Below, in pieces: positions 42,876 through 56,563 of a stretch of 64,000 bases of DNA (position 1 is the stretch's first letter; each line of letters begins with the position of its first letter). The stretch is from the human T2T-CHM13v2.0 reference genome, Homo sapiens, in assembly GCF_009914755.1 (NCBI RefSeq), contig NC_060926.1; one strand, written 5' to 3'. The notes beneath the pieces were generated by a model. It did not search any database. It saw only the letters and a list, made by a program, of their open reading frames with translations, and was not told the origin of the DNA. The translations under genes and the position numbers were made by a program.

Positions 42876-45800
42876 TATTTAACTTTTTAAGTAACCACAA
42901 AACTGTTTAATAAAGCAGCTGTACCATTTTATATTCCCACCAATGGTATTTGAAAGTTCCATTCCTACCACATCCTAGGTAATACTTGCAATAGTTAGTC
43001 TTTTGAATTTTAGCCACTTTTATAGGTGTATAGTGATATATTATTGTGGTTTTAACTTGCATTTTCTTAATGACTAGTGATGTGATTCTTTTGGTGTGCT
43101 TTATTGCCACCTGTGTATTGTCTCTAGTGAAAAGTCTAAGAAAATCTTTTGCTCAATTTTTTTTTTAACATGGGTTGGTGGTTTCCTTATTGCTTAGTTT
43201 TGAGAATTCTTTATATATTTTGGATAGAAGTCTTTTGCAGATATCCCAGCCTGTGGCTTATCTTTTCATTTTCCTAACAGTGTCTTTTGTAGACTAAAGG
43301 ATTTTAGTTTTGATGAACTCCAGTTTGTCAAATTTTTCTTGTATAGATCATGCATTTGGAATTTCATCTAAGAAATATTTGCCTAAATTGAAGTCACAAG
43401 GATTTTCTCTTATGTTTTCTTTTAAGAAGTATTAAAGTTTTAGGTTTTAAATTTAATATATGATATATATTAAATTAAGCTAATATTTGTATATAATACA
43501 AAGTATGTATCAAAGTTCTTTTAAAAAATTGTTCCAGCCCCATTCGTTGAAAAGATTATTCTGTCCGCATCAACTTGCCTTTGCACCTTTGTAAAAAAAT
43601 CTGCTTCCCATATATGTGTGGGCCTATTCTGGACTTTCTGTTCTATTCTTTTGATCTATTTGTGTACATTGACAGTGACAGCACACTTTCTTGGTTATTG
43701 TAGCTTTATAACAAGTCTTGAAGTCAGGTAGCTTAGCTCTCTAAGTATTCTTTTTCTTTTTCAGAGTTTGCATTCTAGGTCCTTTGCATTTTCATATGAA
43801 TTTTGGAATCATCTTGGCAATCTCTCCAAAAACCCTGCTTTTAAGATTTTGATTGAGATTGTGGTAAATGTAGATGTATTTGGAGAGAATTGACATCTTA
43901 ATAATATTGAGTAATCTGGCTCATGAACGAGGTATGTCCTTCCATTTATTTACATCTTCTTCATATTCTCCTAGCAATGTTTTATAACTTTTAGTGTACA
44001 AGTACTGTACATCTTTTTTCAGATTTATTCTAAGATATTTTATGTTTTTGATACTGTTGTGTTATTTTAAAATTTCAATTTGCTAATATTAAAGAATATA
44101 ATTGGTTTATTTATATTGCTTTTATATCCTGCTTTTTGTAGCTTTTGTCAGATTTTATACATGTGTTTATGTCATCAGTGAATACAGATAGTTTTACTTC
44201 TTCCTTTATAATCTGAATTCCTTTTATTTAGTTTTTTGCCTTTCACTGGCTAGAACCTGCAGTACAATGTTGCCTAGAGGTAGTGAGAGTTCTTATTCTT
44301 ATCTTGTTTTTGATCTTAGATTGGATAACATAATAAATTTCATTAGTTGGTTTTCAACTGTTAAAACAGTTCTTTAAAATTTCTTTTGTGTATTTTGAAG
44401 CTCTGTTATTAGGTGCATAGATGTTTAGGATTGTCATGGTATCAGATGACTTTCTTTATCATCTCTACTAATATCCTTTGTTCTGGCTGCTTTTATGATT
44501 TTCTGTGGGTTTGTAGTTTTTATCAAATTTGGAAAATTTTTAGCTTTTATGTCTTTAAATATTTCTTCTTCCTATCCTCTATGTTCTGTTTCTCCTTTGG
44601 GGACTCCAGTTACATGTATATTAGGCAGCTTGAAGTTATCCCACAGCTCATATGCTCTTTTTTAATGTTTTATTCTGTTTATAATACCGGATAGTTTTTG
44701 TTGCTATTTCTTCAAGTTTACAGATCTTTTTTCTTCAATGTCTAATCTACCACCAATTCCATCTAGTGATTTTTCATCTCTAGAAGTTTGATTGGGTCGT
44801 TTTGTATCTTCCATGTCTCCACTTAACTCTTTGGACACAGGAATTCATTTATAACTACTGTTTTCATGCTCTCATCTGCGAATTCTAACATTTGTACCTG
44901 CTCTGGCTCAGTTTTGATTGATGTTTATTTTCCTCATGTACTTTTCTGCTTTTTTTTTTTTTGGCATGTCTGGTAATCTTTGCTAGATGCTAGAATATTG
45001 TAAGTTTTATCTTATTGGATGTTGAATATTTTTGTCTTACTATAAATATTCTTGAGCTTTCTTCTAGGATATGATTCATTTACTTGCAAAGTTTAATCTT
45101 TTTAGCTTTGTTAGATGGGACCAGAGCCTAGGGCTAATTATTCCTTGCTATTGAGGTAAAATCCTTCAGAGTTCTCTACCCAAGGCTGTGTGACTTTTGA
45201 GGTTTTCCAGTCTGGCTGGTGGGCATAGGCACTGGCCTTGTCTACACTGGGCACCCTTCCCTCTCATCCTCTCAGCTGGATCTTTTCCTGGCCTTGGGGC
45301 AAGAACAGTATGTGCTGATTCTATTCTGCAATGCTCCAGGGGGACCCTCTGCAAGTTCACCAATGTTCCCCTTCTGTTCAGCTCTTCCACTGGTCTGGTG
45401 TTCTGCCATGCAAAACCCTTCTTACCCTGGTCTCCCTCCTCTCCAACTCCATCTCCATCTCCTTAACTCAGGAATCCACCAAGCTCTGCCTGGTTACCCC
45501 TCCCTGTGCCGTGGCCTGGAAACACTCTCTGGAAAGGAAGCTGGGGCAGGCTAAGGCTCACCTCTTTGGTTTTCGTTCCTTCATTGCCTGATGTTCATTG
45601 TCCTGAAAAGCCATTGTTTCCATGGTTTTGCTGGTTATTTGATGGTTTTGGGAGGGAGGTTACATCTGGTCCCTGTTATTCCATCTTGGCCGAAGCAGAG
45701 AGCTCACCTTGCACTTTTCTCACTAGCAGGGCCTTTCTGATTTTAAGTGGTGTGAGTGGTCCACTGTAAGGATAGTCCTCACCCTGATGTGTTTAAGACC

Positions 45801-46830
45801 TGACGGGAGAGGCTGGTGTGGCCAGCGGGTGTGAGGAGGGATGGCTGGGGAGAGGCCTGAAGCTGACAGGGGCAGGGACATCTCACCACTTATCCGGGCC
45901 GCCTGGCCTTGAGGGACTAGGCCTCACAGAACATCTGTGTGGGCTGGAGGTTTGCATTTTACTCCTAGCACCACACACAATCTCAGCAGCTTTTCTGAGG
46001 GCTTTGTGCACAGCTGAGCGTGGGAGCTGCATCAGGGCAGAAAGCCCCAGAGTGCTCAGGCTTGCCAGCAAAGGCACTCTTCCATGATGCTGTCATGGGG
46101 AGAGGGGAAAGCGGAAGTGGGAAGGGCCTATGTGAATGGTGCTGGCTGGGAGGCCTGGCTTCCTCCCCCTGACCGGGCCTCTCAGACCTGGCTGCAGGAC
46201 CGAGGACCCTCTCTTGTGAGGGAGTGCTGGGGCCTAGGCACAGATGTTCAGCCTGCACCCCTGGCCTGCCTACATACCTAGGAGAGGGGAAGCCACGGCC
46301 AGGCCCAAGGCCTAGACCCAGGGCTCCCTATAACGTCTGAGCTCAGCTACACAGTGGAAAATGGAAAATATCTGCTCGGCCTGCAGCTTCGGGCGGGGTG
46401 GCTGTAAATCATCCAGGAGGCTGTGAGAGCTGCCCTTGGGCCTCCTTGGCTTGCGGGTGAGGGCCGTGGGTGGGCCCTGGGGAGCCCACCATCCAAAGGT
46501 CAGGCCAGGCCAGCCGTGGGAGAGACAGAGTGAGGGTCAGCGGGCCCCAGAGACTGGCCACTCCTACCATCTCGTTGCACAGAAGGGGAGGGGCAGTGGT
46601 GGTGACTTTTCCAGGGACATACAGCCTGATCAAGGCTGAGGTGCAGCTGGCCTTCCTCTCCCCTCTGGAGGAAGTGGACACGATGACTGGGGGCCAGGCC
46701 CTTTCTGTGCCCAATCCTGCATGATCTTCCCTGCACCCTCCCCCACCCCCACACTGGCAGGTTTCCTTTTGCTCATGGAGCTGTGGTTGGCCATGTGAGG
46801 CCTCATGAGCAAATGCAGCAGCAGAGCTGG

Positions 46831-47694
46831 TCTGAGAATGTAGGAAGAAACAGACTCAGTTTCTCTTACACTCTCACTCTGTCAACACAGAAAACATGTG
46901 TGACCAAATGTGTGGGGGTTTTTCTCCATACCCACGGCAAGCAAGCACTTCTGCCGTGAATACCAGCTAGGTGTCCTCCAATTCAATTCAGTTTTGACCC
47001 TGTCTACCTGCAGACAGCATCAGATCCCACAGGTTGAGAGCTCAGTCCCACAAGACCGCCCCACATCTGTGGCATCCCACAGATGCCAGTCTCAAGTACA
47101 GGTTCTTCAACTACCTGTGCTTCTGACCAACCAGCTATAAATCTGGGTTCCCATGCCGCCTTCCTTGGGTTTGATTAATGTGCTAGAACAGCTCACAGAA
47201 CTCGGGAAATACTTCTGTTTGCTGGCTTATTGTAAAGAATATTACAAAGGATAAAGGTAAAGAGATGCACAGGGTGAGGCATGGGGGGTGGTGCAGAGCC
47301 TCCATGCCCTTTTGGGTGCACCACCTGTTAGGAACCATGTGCTCAGCTATCTCTGGAAGCTCCTGAACCTAGTCCTTTTGGGTTTTTATGGAGGCTTCAT
47401 TACTTATGCATGACTGATTAAACCGTTGGCCATTGGTGATCAACTTAACCTTCAGCCCCTGTCCCCGCCCCCGAGGTTGGAGGTAGGGCTGAAAAGTCCT
47501 AACCCTCTCTTCTGCCTTGGATTTTCAGGTGACCGGCTTCCATCCTGAAACTACCTAGGGCCTACCTAGTTACAGTCAACTCATCAGCATACAAAAAGAC
47601 ACCCATTTCTCTGGAGATTCCAAAGGTTTTATGCCAGGAAACAGGAGGAAGACTAAATATGTATTTTACAAAATATATATTTTACACTATCACA
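46831..47694 (-). mobile_element. MER21-family ERV solo LTR
   Basis: cagcatcagatcccacaggttgagagctcagtcccacaagac...ggttcccat...ttgggtttgattaat...catacaaaaagacac...gccaggaaac...tatcaca; 5-bp TSD gctgg at 46826-46830 and 47695-47699. Confidence 0.85.
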
Positions 47695-49056
47695 GCTGGA
47701 CAGTTAAGCCTGTGTGTCCTCAGGTGAGAGCCCTGGGGGAGCTCTTGGATGAGGGAGGGGCTTTAGCCCTGGGGCTGCCCCTTGTGAGATTCTCCAGTAG
47801 CATCCCCCGGCCTCCCTCCCTGCAGTGTTGGGTAAACCTCCCAGGGGCAGGGTGATGGGCCAGCTCTGTTGCTCCAGGGGAGGCCCTGGCCCCCGTGGGC
47901 CTCAGTTCCTGTCTCTGTCTGATGAATGGGATGTGTTAGATAGTCTGGGGCCCATCCCAACTGTACAACTTCTCGGAGGCTCTCCCTTTTTCCTGGGATA
48001 TAGGTCCTCCTAGGGATGCCAGGCCAGTGGAGTGGTCTTATGTGGGGGGTCCAAGGAGGTCTGGGGCCTCCCAGGTGCCATCGCTGTGCTTTTGAGGGAA
48101 AACTGAAAGTCTGAACCTTCCCAGGACTGGAAGGGACAAGTGATTTCCCAGGAAGTGGAGGCAGGGTGGACCCTTCCCCAGGCCTGGAGTGACTTCTGGA
48201 GGTTGTGTTAGGAGATTTGGGGGACTCTTCCCCTTTGGCACTTGTATGTAGAGACATATGTTTAGATGTTTCTGGGGAGGTGACCACATTTGAATCATCA
48301 CCTGAGCTCCTTGGTCATTTGTCTCAGACCAGGGATGCAGCGTCCCCCTGTCTGCCTGCCCGCATGCTTGGTGCCACTGAGCCTTGCTTGGTTAGCTCTT
48401 GGACCACAGAAGTCAATCTTTTCCAGTGGCTCAGGCCTCGTCTCTGTCTCTTTTGGCTCTTTTTTCTCATGCCCCTAAGTTCGGTGGTGTCTGCCTCCTT
48501 GCAAAAATCAAAACAAAACTGTCATAATGTTTTCAGGTCCTTGTGGAATGCCACCCTTTAATTCCTCTTCATTAGGCATGCTTTTCTCCTCCAAGCCTGT
48601 CCCGAGAAGGTTCTCCTGACCCTGAACGCCCTCTTGCGCAATCCTGCTGGGCAGCCCAGTGACTGTGAGGTCTGCTGAGGTGGGCCTTGTCCTGCACAGG
48701 AAAAGCAGGGTGGGAAGGAGAGCAGAGTGGCTGGGCCTGGATGCACCTTGGGGTTGCTGCAGTGAACGCTGTGGCCAGACATTTCTTTCCATCTATGGCT
48801 GGTTTGGATCTTGGTGTAGTTTTACAGGTTTTCAAAATAAAGGAGAATGAGGTGGCAGGAAAAAGACAGGTGGCTAGGGACGAAGATTACCTTGTTTACC
48901 AGACTCCACTGGCTGCATTCAGGCTAGAATCTGGGCTACATGGGTAAACTTGGGGCTTGACCCAGGGATGGGGACATATGGGCTGGGTGGGGACATGAGT
49001 GGACCTGAGTGGAGAGAAGAACCGGGAAAGCAGCCATGGGCTTGTTGAGATCCCAG

Positions 49057-49174
49057 AGCCCAGGAGGTGAGACCAAGGATTCCCACCGCCCAGCCCAGGA
49101 GGTGAGACCAAGGATTCTCACAGCCCAGCCCAGTGGGTGAGGCCAAGCATTCTTATGGCCCAGCCCAGGGGGTG
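49057..49174. repeat. 35-bp minisatellite, about 3.4 copies
   Basis: Unit approximately agcccaggaggtgagaccaaggattcccaccgccc starts at 49057, 49092, 49127 and 49162. Confidence 0.9.
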
Positions 49175-51034
49175 GCTGCTTCTCTCCCTGTTCTTTTCTC
49201 CCCACCTCAGATTGGCTCTAGACAAGGTGGACAGAGGAATTTGCAACTGGAACCCAGAGGGGGTGTGTGTGCAGAGGTGGAGGGCGTAGTGGGATAGAGA
49301 GGGCTAGGAGGAGTGTGGAGGCAGAGGCAGAAGGGTCTGGGGGGTCGGGGGTTGGGAGAGCACTTAGTCCCAGCCCGGGAGAGCCACCTCCCCTGCCTCC
49401 CTCAAGCTGCCGGCCCGTTGTTTGCTCCTCCAGCTTCCTGCCTGCCCCACGGTGCTGGGAAGGAGCAGCTTGTGCCATTCCAGGATGCCAGGCCCTTCTC
49501 TCCCCAGGGCTCTGTGTTGCTCCAGTGCCAAGGACAGCTTTCTTGGTGTATGGCTTGGGGCAGGGACAGGGGCTCTGGGGAGGCAGTGATTGCTTGTGGG
49601 GAGATTCTGCACCCTCTTGGTCCTTAGCCAGAGGGAGCAGCCTCCAGAAAAGGGTTATTCCCCTTCTGCAGGGGCAAATTAGAACATTAGGCAAAAGTAC
49701 AGAGTGAGTTCCCAGTGCCGCTTTGCTTCAGCACAGCTGATGGCAGACATTCAGATAATGAGATGCACCCACGGAGCCGGGCAGTTCTGGTGCCACACTC
49801 TGCTGGGGGCACAGGGAAGTGGCTGCCACCCATACCCAGGGACATAATGAGACCGAGTAGCCCAAGCTGGTGGCAGTCATGGCCTCTAATGATGGGTCTC
49901 CGGCTTAGGGGTTTCTACTGGGGCAGGGTCCCTGGCTCTGGGGGATGGATGGGCCTGAGGCTGGCCTTTGCAAGGGGTCAGAGCTTGCTAGGGACTTTGC
50001 CTGTGTTTCTCATTGAGTGACCTCAGCACCTAACTTGCATGGTGGTTCCTGCTGGTAGACCTGTTTCAGAGATGAAAAAACGGAGGTGCCACATCCTTAA
50101 GGTTCCCATCTGGGACCACAGAGCTGTAAGCCTGCCCGCTGGAATTTGCAGGCAGGTTGGCTGGTGCCAAGGCTGGGCTCTCTCCCCAGTACCAGGGTCC
50201 ACAGCTGAGTGACTGAGACAGGCAGGAGGAGAGTCACAGGAAGGGGCAGGTCCCAGGAAGGCACAAGCACACCTCTTCCTTATAGCTGGTGGGGAGCCCT
50301 GTCTCATCTGCAACAGACTCAGCCGTTCCCTTCCTGTGCCTCCGCGTCTCCCTGAGAAGGTCACAGGCCTCCCCATCGAGAGCGTCGAGGGCCTGCAGCT
50401 AGTGTAGGCTCAGCACCAGCCCCCAGGCCCTGGCCCCTGTCTTCGACCATCCCACCATCCCACCATGAAAGGAAGGCCTGCAGAGACGTGGCTGGGTCTG
50501 GCTGCCTTGGGGGCTTGGCTTCTTTCCCTTTAGTGAAGGCACAGGGCTAAGGAGACACCTGAGGGCCCTTGGTTCAGAAGTGGACAGAAGTGGAGTCCTG
50601 AGCTGAGTGTTGTGAAGTTTCGGCGCTGGAGGGATCCGAGGAGGAAAGGCTTCAGTGGCTGGGGACTCGAGAGGACTTTGAGGCCAAGGTTAGGGGTTGG
50701 CAGGATGAAGAGAAGGACAGGGCTTTCCATATGGGGGACCACATGGGCAAAGCCCTGGGAGGCTCTGGAGCCTGGCATACTCCGACTGAGGGGCAGCCCT
50801 GCTCCCTCTCTGTTTCCCACTGTGCTCTGTTGTTACCTGGACTTAATCTTGGGTTCTCTGAATGTGCCCTTCCTGCCCCCACCACAGGCCCTTTCTTGTG
50901 CCTCCCTCTCCTCTGGGTCTGACTCCTATCAGATTGCTGCTATGCTTTTGATTGATTAACTGGCTCTCAGATCTGTGTGTTTTCTTGACCTAAAGGAGCC
51001 CCTGTCCATTATCAGTGTTTGCTGAATAAACGAT

Positions 51035-51087
51035 TGAATGAATGAATGAGTGGATGGATGGGTAGATGGATAGATGGAATGGATGGA
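51035..51087. repeat. (GAAT)/(GGAT)n repeat, likely L2 tail-derived
   Basis: tgaatgaatgaatgagtggatggatgggtagatggatagatgg. Confidence 0.75.
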
Positions 51088-54000
51088 CACATTTGTTGGA
51101 TTGAGGGGACTTGAAGGCCTCCACAGTGGCAGGGCCACTAGGCAGAGAAAGCCTGGGGAAGTGGGGATAAAGGGAACTGTCTCTTGGCAAGAATCTGATC
51201 CATCACTGTGGATGGGCTTGTCCTGAGCAGCAGGCTTGGTGGCAGCCAAGACCAGGCATCCAGTGGGTGCTCTGGGGGGCTCACTGCTGTCTGGCCCTTG
51301 GGGAATGCTGTAGGGGCCAGCTCAGAAACCCCGTGTGCTGTGGGTCCACTCACCCACTCCCCTGCAGACAGAGGGGCCTGCCTTCTACTCACAGCCCTCT
51401 GGGCAGAATGACAAGAAGCCACGCCCTGTAGCCATCGTGCCCTCTTGCCCCACGCCCGGAAGCATTGCCGGGTTCTCAGGACCGCTTTGCTGAAGGGGCG
51501 GAGCATGGACTGGGCCTGCCACTGATGTGTCTGTGGGTGGGGCTGTGAAAGGCAAGTCAGGACCAAAAACAAAATTATTTTCAAAGGTTTTGGGGCAGGA
51601 TCCATCAAAGGAGTGGGTTTTGTCAACAAGTGGGCCTTTTATGCTTCCCAAGCCAGCCAGGGCTTTGCGAAGCCAGTGTGTCCGGGGAGATAATTGCATA
51701 GCCCTGTGGGGACATCTCCCTCTAAGAACTTTCCTACCGGGTCCCAAGAAGAGCCACACTGGTGATGTGGGCCCTCCATGTCCCCCAGGCCTTGTGCACT
51801 GGGCAGAAGCCCCCTTGGTTCTCCTGCATTGTCACCTGGACATGCCTGCTGACTCTCAGGGCTTCAGGGAGGGTAGGCTCTGCCCTGATGGCACTGGGCA
51901 CAGAAGAGGTGCCAGCGAAGTGGCAGAGCTGACTGGCGGGCTCGTGGCGCAGCCGGAGGCTGCAGGGGACACCTTCCACCGTGCTGGGGAGGGAGGTTAC
52001 AGGATCTCAAGACTGTCCAGAGGAGACCCAGAATTCACCTCCAGGCGGTCAGGAGCAGGGTTTCTGGTTGTAGCTTCTTGACACGCTTGTGAGATGTGTC
52101 CCCAGAAATTTGCTAAGCTAGGTACACTTCAGGTGTTTCTGTGAATGCTTTAATCTTTTAAAAAAAAAAGAACGGATTACTTCCAGGTTTGCCTTTGCAT
52201 GTCACCCTCACTTGTATCCCTTACTTGAGTGGGAGTGAGTGTCCGGGTCACAGCTGGGTATTGGAGGGACCACTGGCTGCAGACAAGCCTGACTTGGTGT
52301 CCTTTGCTCTGTGTTGTAGAAGGGAACAGGGTTGCCCAGAGTTTGCTTTTCATTCCCCTTTGCGCAGGCTGCTGCAGGTAGAAAGGGCTGGGGTCCATGT
52401 GAATGTGGGAGAAGCCACGTGCTCTGTGGTTTTTCCAGATGTTAAAAGTGCGTGTTGCTATTTCGAAGACTCTGAAAAATCCTGAAGTAAAGAAACTTTT
52501 TGCATGTTTGCCCAGCATTTCTAAAATTCACATAACGTGGAACATCTGACTGGGAACAGGAAGCTGTTGTGTCCCAGAGCTCTGTGCTTGTCTAATAAAA
52601 GGCTTCTGAGTTAGCTCTAGTGTCTTTGTGTTAGCTCTGCCTTTGTGTCTCTTGAGGAAATGGAGAGCTGTAACATTTTGTTCATTTGTTCACCGTCCAT
52701 TCATGCAGTATTTGCCCAGCAGAAGTGGCAGAGGTGGTCATCACTCCTCTTCCTGTATGTGGTGAGCGCCACCTTAGTTCCAGGCACCATGACTCCTGCC
52801 CTCCCTTCCTCCTACCCCCTTCAGGAGGCTTTCCCTGAACCTCCCCCTGCCCCTGGGGCTGAGGGCTCCTCTCTGCTGGTCCCACTGTCTCTCTAGACCC
52901 CAGTCTGGGATCCTTGGGCCTCTCTCATGTGCCCTCAGGGGACAAAACCCCACTTCACACCCTGAGCCCAGTCCAGTCCTAGCTGCCACTGGGAGAGGGC
53001 AGACGGGCCGCCTGTCCTTTTCCTTGCACTTCTAAGGACAGGGTCTCCCTGGGCTGCACAGCCGATGGCTGACTTTGGTGGTGGCCTCTTCATGCCTTTG
53101 CATGAGGCCAAGCCCGGAGGTATGAATAAGTGGCTAAAGAGCGATCAACCCAGGGGAGTCAAATGCAGGAACTGGAGGCAGCAAGAAGGCCTGGTGTTGG
53201 GAGAGCCGGAACAGAGGGCCGCCAAGGGAGAGGGCCAGCTGGCTTTGTGCCCAGCTGACTGGGCAGGGACCTGGTCTGTACCCAGGCCGGGGCTGGAAGG
53301 GCCCCTCAGGATCTGGTTCAGGGGTGTGCCTGAACCTTTCCCCTGCCTGCCAGTGACACCTTGGAGCTGACGCCCCCTCCATCAGGACCCGTTAGGGCAG
53401 GTCTGGGGAACAGGCTTCAGGGAGACAGGAGATTCTGCAGGGTGGGATGGGCCCCCTTGGCCTAGCAAAGCTCTTTCTCCGTTGCAGTCAGGTGGAGGTG
53501 AGAAGAGCCCATCAGGCGTCTTTGAGACCGCTGTCTCCTTGTGTTTTTGAAGTTCGCTGCCTGATTTCCTTTTGGCACGCGCTAAGGCGGCTGCAGGAGA
53601 CTCAGGGAATGAGATAGGAGATGTTGATGTGAAGAGAGAATGTGGAATTTACAGAGCAGCAGGAAAAGCACTCCTCCTGGAATTCAGACAGCATTTGTCA
53701 CAGTGATAACGCCTGTTTTCTAAACAAAAGTCCCTCTGTGGGCAAGGTCTCGGAGACGTCTGGAGCTCTTGCCCAGCTCCCCTCTCGCGTGGCTGGATCG
53801 TGTTTCCTTGCATCACGATGGGGAGGGTTCGGAGGTTCACGCGGCAAGGCTGGGGCTGGGATGAGTTATCCCTGCTGTTCTTCAGCATGTCTGCAGCCAG
53901 CTGACCCTCTGTGACCTCGCAGCCTTCGGTCCAGCTGTGGCGCCTCAGTTTGGACACATCAGTCTCTCCAGGAAATGCAGCAGGCAAGCGCGTCACTTCC

Positions 54001-54339
54001 TGCCACCCAGACAGTGTGAAGAGCGTCCAGCATACCCTCGCAGGCCCCATAATGTGCCCATCCACTGGACGGAGAGGGCCTCACGCCCCTGGGGCTGACC
54101 CTAGGCTCCCCACCTGTGGAGGGAAGGTGGCTCCTGGAGCATTTTCCGGGCTGGAGAGGATTGTGGGGGAAGCCCTTGAGTAGAAGAGTATGGAGGCTGC
54201 CCTGGGCAGAGAAGAAAAGTCAGTGGTCAGGAGGGACCACACCATAGAAATGGGAAAGAAAGGCCCTCCCCTGATAGCCTGAGGTTCTGTGTTCACCAGA
54301 AGCAGGAGGAAGCCAGGAGGTGGTGAGAGCAGCGGAGGA

Positions 54340-54535
54340 GCATTAGCTCTACGCTCAGACTGGCCTGGTGGCATCCTGGCTCTTCTGTTTAAGGTCTTTA
54401 TGCCTCAGTTTCTGCATCTGTAAACTAGGGACATAATGGTGAATCCTTGCAGGGTGGTTTGTAGGAGTCACTGAGAAAACATGACATGAGAGAGTTGACA
54501 TTAAAGAAACCGGTGGCCATCATCATTATATTATT
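54340..54535 (+). mobile_element. MIR
   Basis: tgcctcagtttctgcatctgtaaactagggacataatg...cagggtggtttgtagga. Confidence 0.7.
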
Positions 54536-56521
54536 ATGTGAGTAGATTCTTAAGAGTTCAGTGAAATTCCTGGGAAAAATTCCAGAGGCTGTACTTAGGG
54601 CAGTTCGCTATGGAGGGCCTGTTCCCAGGTCTGCAGTGTCACTGGGCAGGGACCATGACAGGGCAGCTGGAGAGAGGCTGGGGAAACCGACAGGCCACAC
54701 CTGTAGGAATGTGGACACCTGGCTTTTGGTCCCCTTAGCTGCCCAGGGCTATAATCATGCCCTTCTCTTGTGGCTTTTGCAAATGTGAAGTGCGAAATTG
54801 CCGGGAAGGCCCGACAGACATACAGCAGGCTCTAACCGACCTCTACGTAACTTGTTCTTTCCTCCAGAGGGGCTGGGCTTGCCTGCCTTCAAGGCAGGAG
54901 CTGGGGCCCTGTGGAAGCCACCTCCTTGCTGGGAGAGACTAGGCCAGTCAGAGCCTGGGGCCCCTGTGGAGATTGCCGCCAGCACTGATCGCTTTTCCAA
55001 GGGTACAGCTGAGTGAGAGGCCGGGCTCTTGGATGTGCTGAGCAGGGTGCTGGGCTGGGTGCTGGTGGCCGGAGTCTGGCGCTGGGGGCGGGGGCGGGTG
55101 GCAAGCATGTTCAGTGGGGATGTTTTTATTCACGCTCGGCCTCTGAGGAGCCAAGCTCCCTCTCCCAGTCTGCCGCTGGTGAGAGGGTCAAACAATTATG
55201 GGTCTCCTCATTTCCAAGCCAACTGGGAAATTAAGTCGCATCTCCATCAGAGCGCTATTAGTAATTTTCAAGAAAGAGGTAATTGAAAAGAAACTTTTTA
55301 ATACACTCACCAAATTGGCACAGGGGCACGGGAGCAGTGGGAGCATCTTCCCACCGTCTGCCTGTGCCCCCCGCTCTGAGAGGCCATGCCCCTCTGCCCA
55401 GCCCCCACTGCCTCGCCTGGGTCACCCTGCCCCAGCCACAGTGGCCTGCGTGGGCTCTGGCCCCACCTGGGCCTTAACCCAGGCGCTTGTCCAGCAAGCC
55501 GGCTGTGTGACCCTTGGCAAGTTCTTTGCCTGTCTGTGCCTCTTGTCTTCATCTGGAAAAGCAGACTTCAGTACCACTTCAATTCCCATGGACATTGTGC
55601 TGTGGGAGGGAGATAAATCTAGGAAGTGCAGGCCCCTGTCACATCAGAAGGACTCGATGCCTGGTGGCTGCCACCACTGCCACCCTCACCCCCCACCACA
55701 GTCAGTGCTGCTGATACTCCTCAGAGTTCAGTTCATGGCTGTCCCGACGCTCCTGGAACCTCAAATCCACCCCAGGCTCTTCTTCCCCAAACTATTTTTA
55801 CTCTTGTCTGAAGCTCGAGTTTGGCATATTTTAAAAATTAAAAGCTGCAGCATCTACCCTGGAATAGCAGTATTTCTACTAGCACTGATGATCACAGGAG
55901 CCCGCCTTTACCCGGCGTCGGCTGCCAGGCCCTGTGCTCAGAGCCCCTGTGCCTTTCCCATTCGATCTTCACAGCTGCCCTATGCGGTGGGCGGACTTAT
56001 CCCCGTCTCAGAGGAAGCACTGAGCCAGAGAGGAGAAGCGCCCTCAGAGCTGGGGTTCCTGGCGAGGCCACTGAGCTCTGCTTGCAGGGACTTTCCATGG
56101 GAAGGTGGGCTACTGTGGGTGGGCCTGTTGAACTGCAGGTGAGAAACTGTTTTCTGTCCAGCTGGCCTGCAGGCTGAGAGCAGGTGGAGACCACAAAACT
56201 TGCATCTGGCCCGCTGCTGGGAACAGAAGGGGCTCCGTCTACAGAGTGACTTGTTGCACAATGAGGGGCCATTCTCCAACGCCTTTGGCATGACCTGGGC
56301 ACTCTGCGACCCTCTGAGCTTGTCTCCTCAACTATGGAAGGGAGGTCCTGTTGGTGCCTCACAGGGAGTCTCAAAGATGAAATAATAGTAGTGGCTTGGA
56401 CAGCCCCTCTTCCCCTGCCTTGCCTGGCTGGATGAGCCCTGGAACTTGCTAAGACTTGTGGTCCTGCTCCCAGGATGTCAGGGACTGGGTCAGCCTCCTC
56501 CTGCCTGAAAGAGGCCCCGCC

Positions 56522-56523
<2 letters not shown>

Positions 56524-56558
<35 letters not shown>

Positions 56559-56563
56559 GTGTG
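56524..56563. repeat. (TG)n microsatellite
   Basis: About 20 TG units with one CG interruption. Confidence 0.95.

Noticed and set aside
48042-48051. GTGGGGGGTC GLIS/GLI-like site and several GGCCACCCA variants elsewhere
   Set aside because: Single short motifs at chance frequency with no supporting context.
49057-49174. 35-bp repeats as a CRISPR-like array
   Set aside because: Units are head-to-tail with no unique spacers, there are no cas genes, and the context is eukaryotic.
55198-56142. Longest ORF in the track (314 aa, +)
   Set aside because: No recognisable domain, its 3' part runs through MIR-like sequence, and there is no exon structure. Compatible with chance in GC-rich intron.
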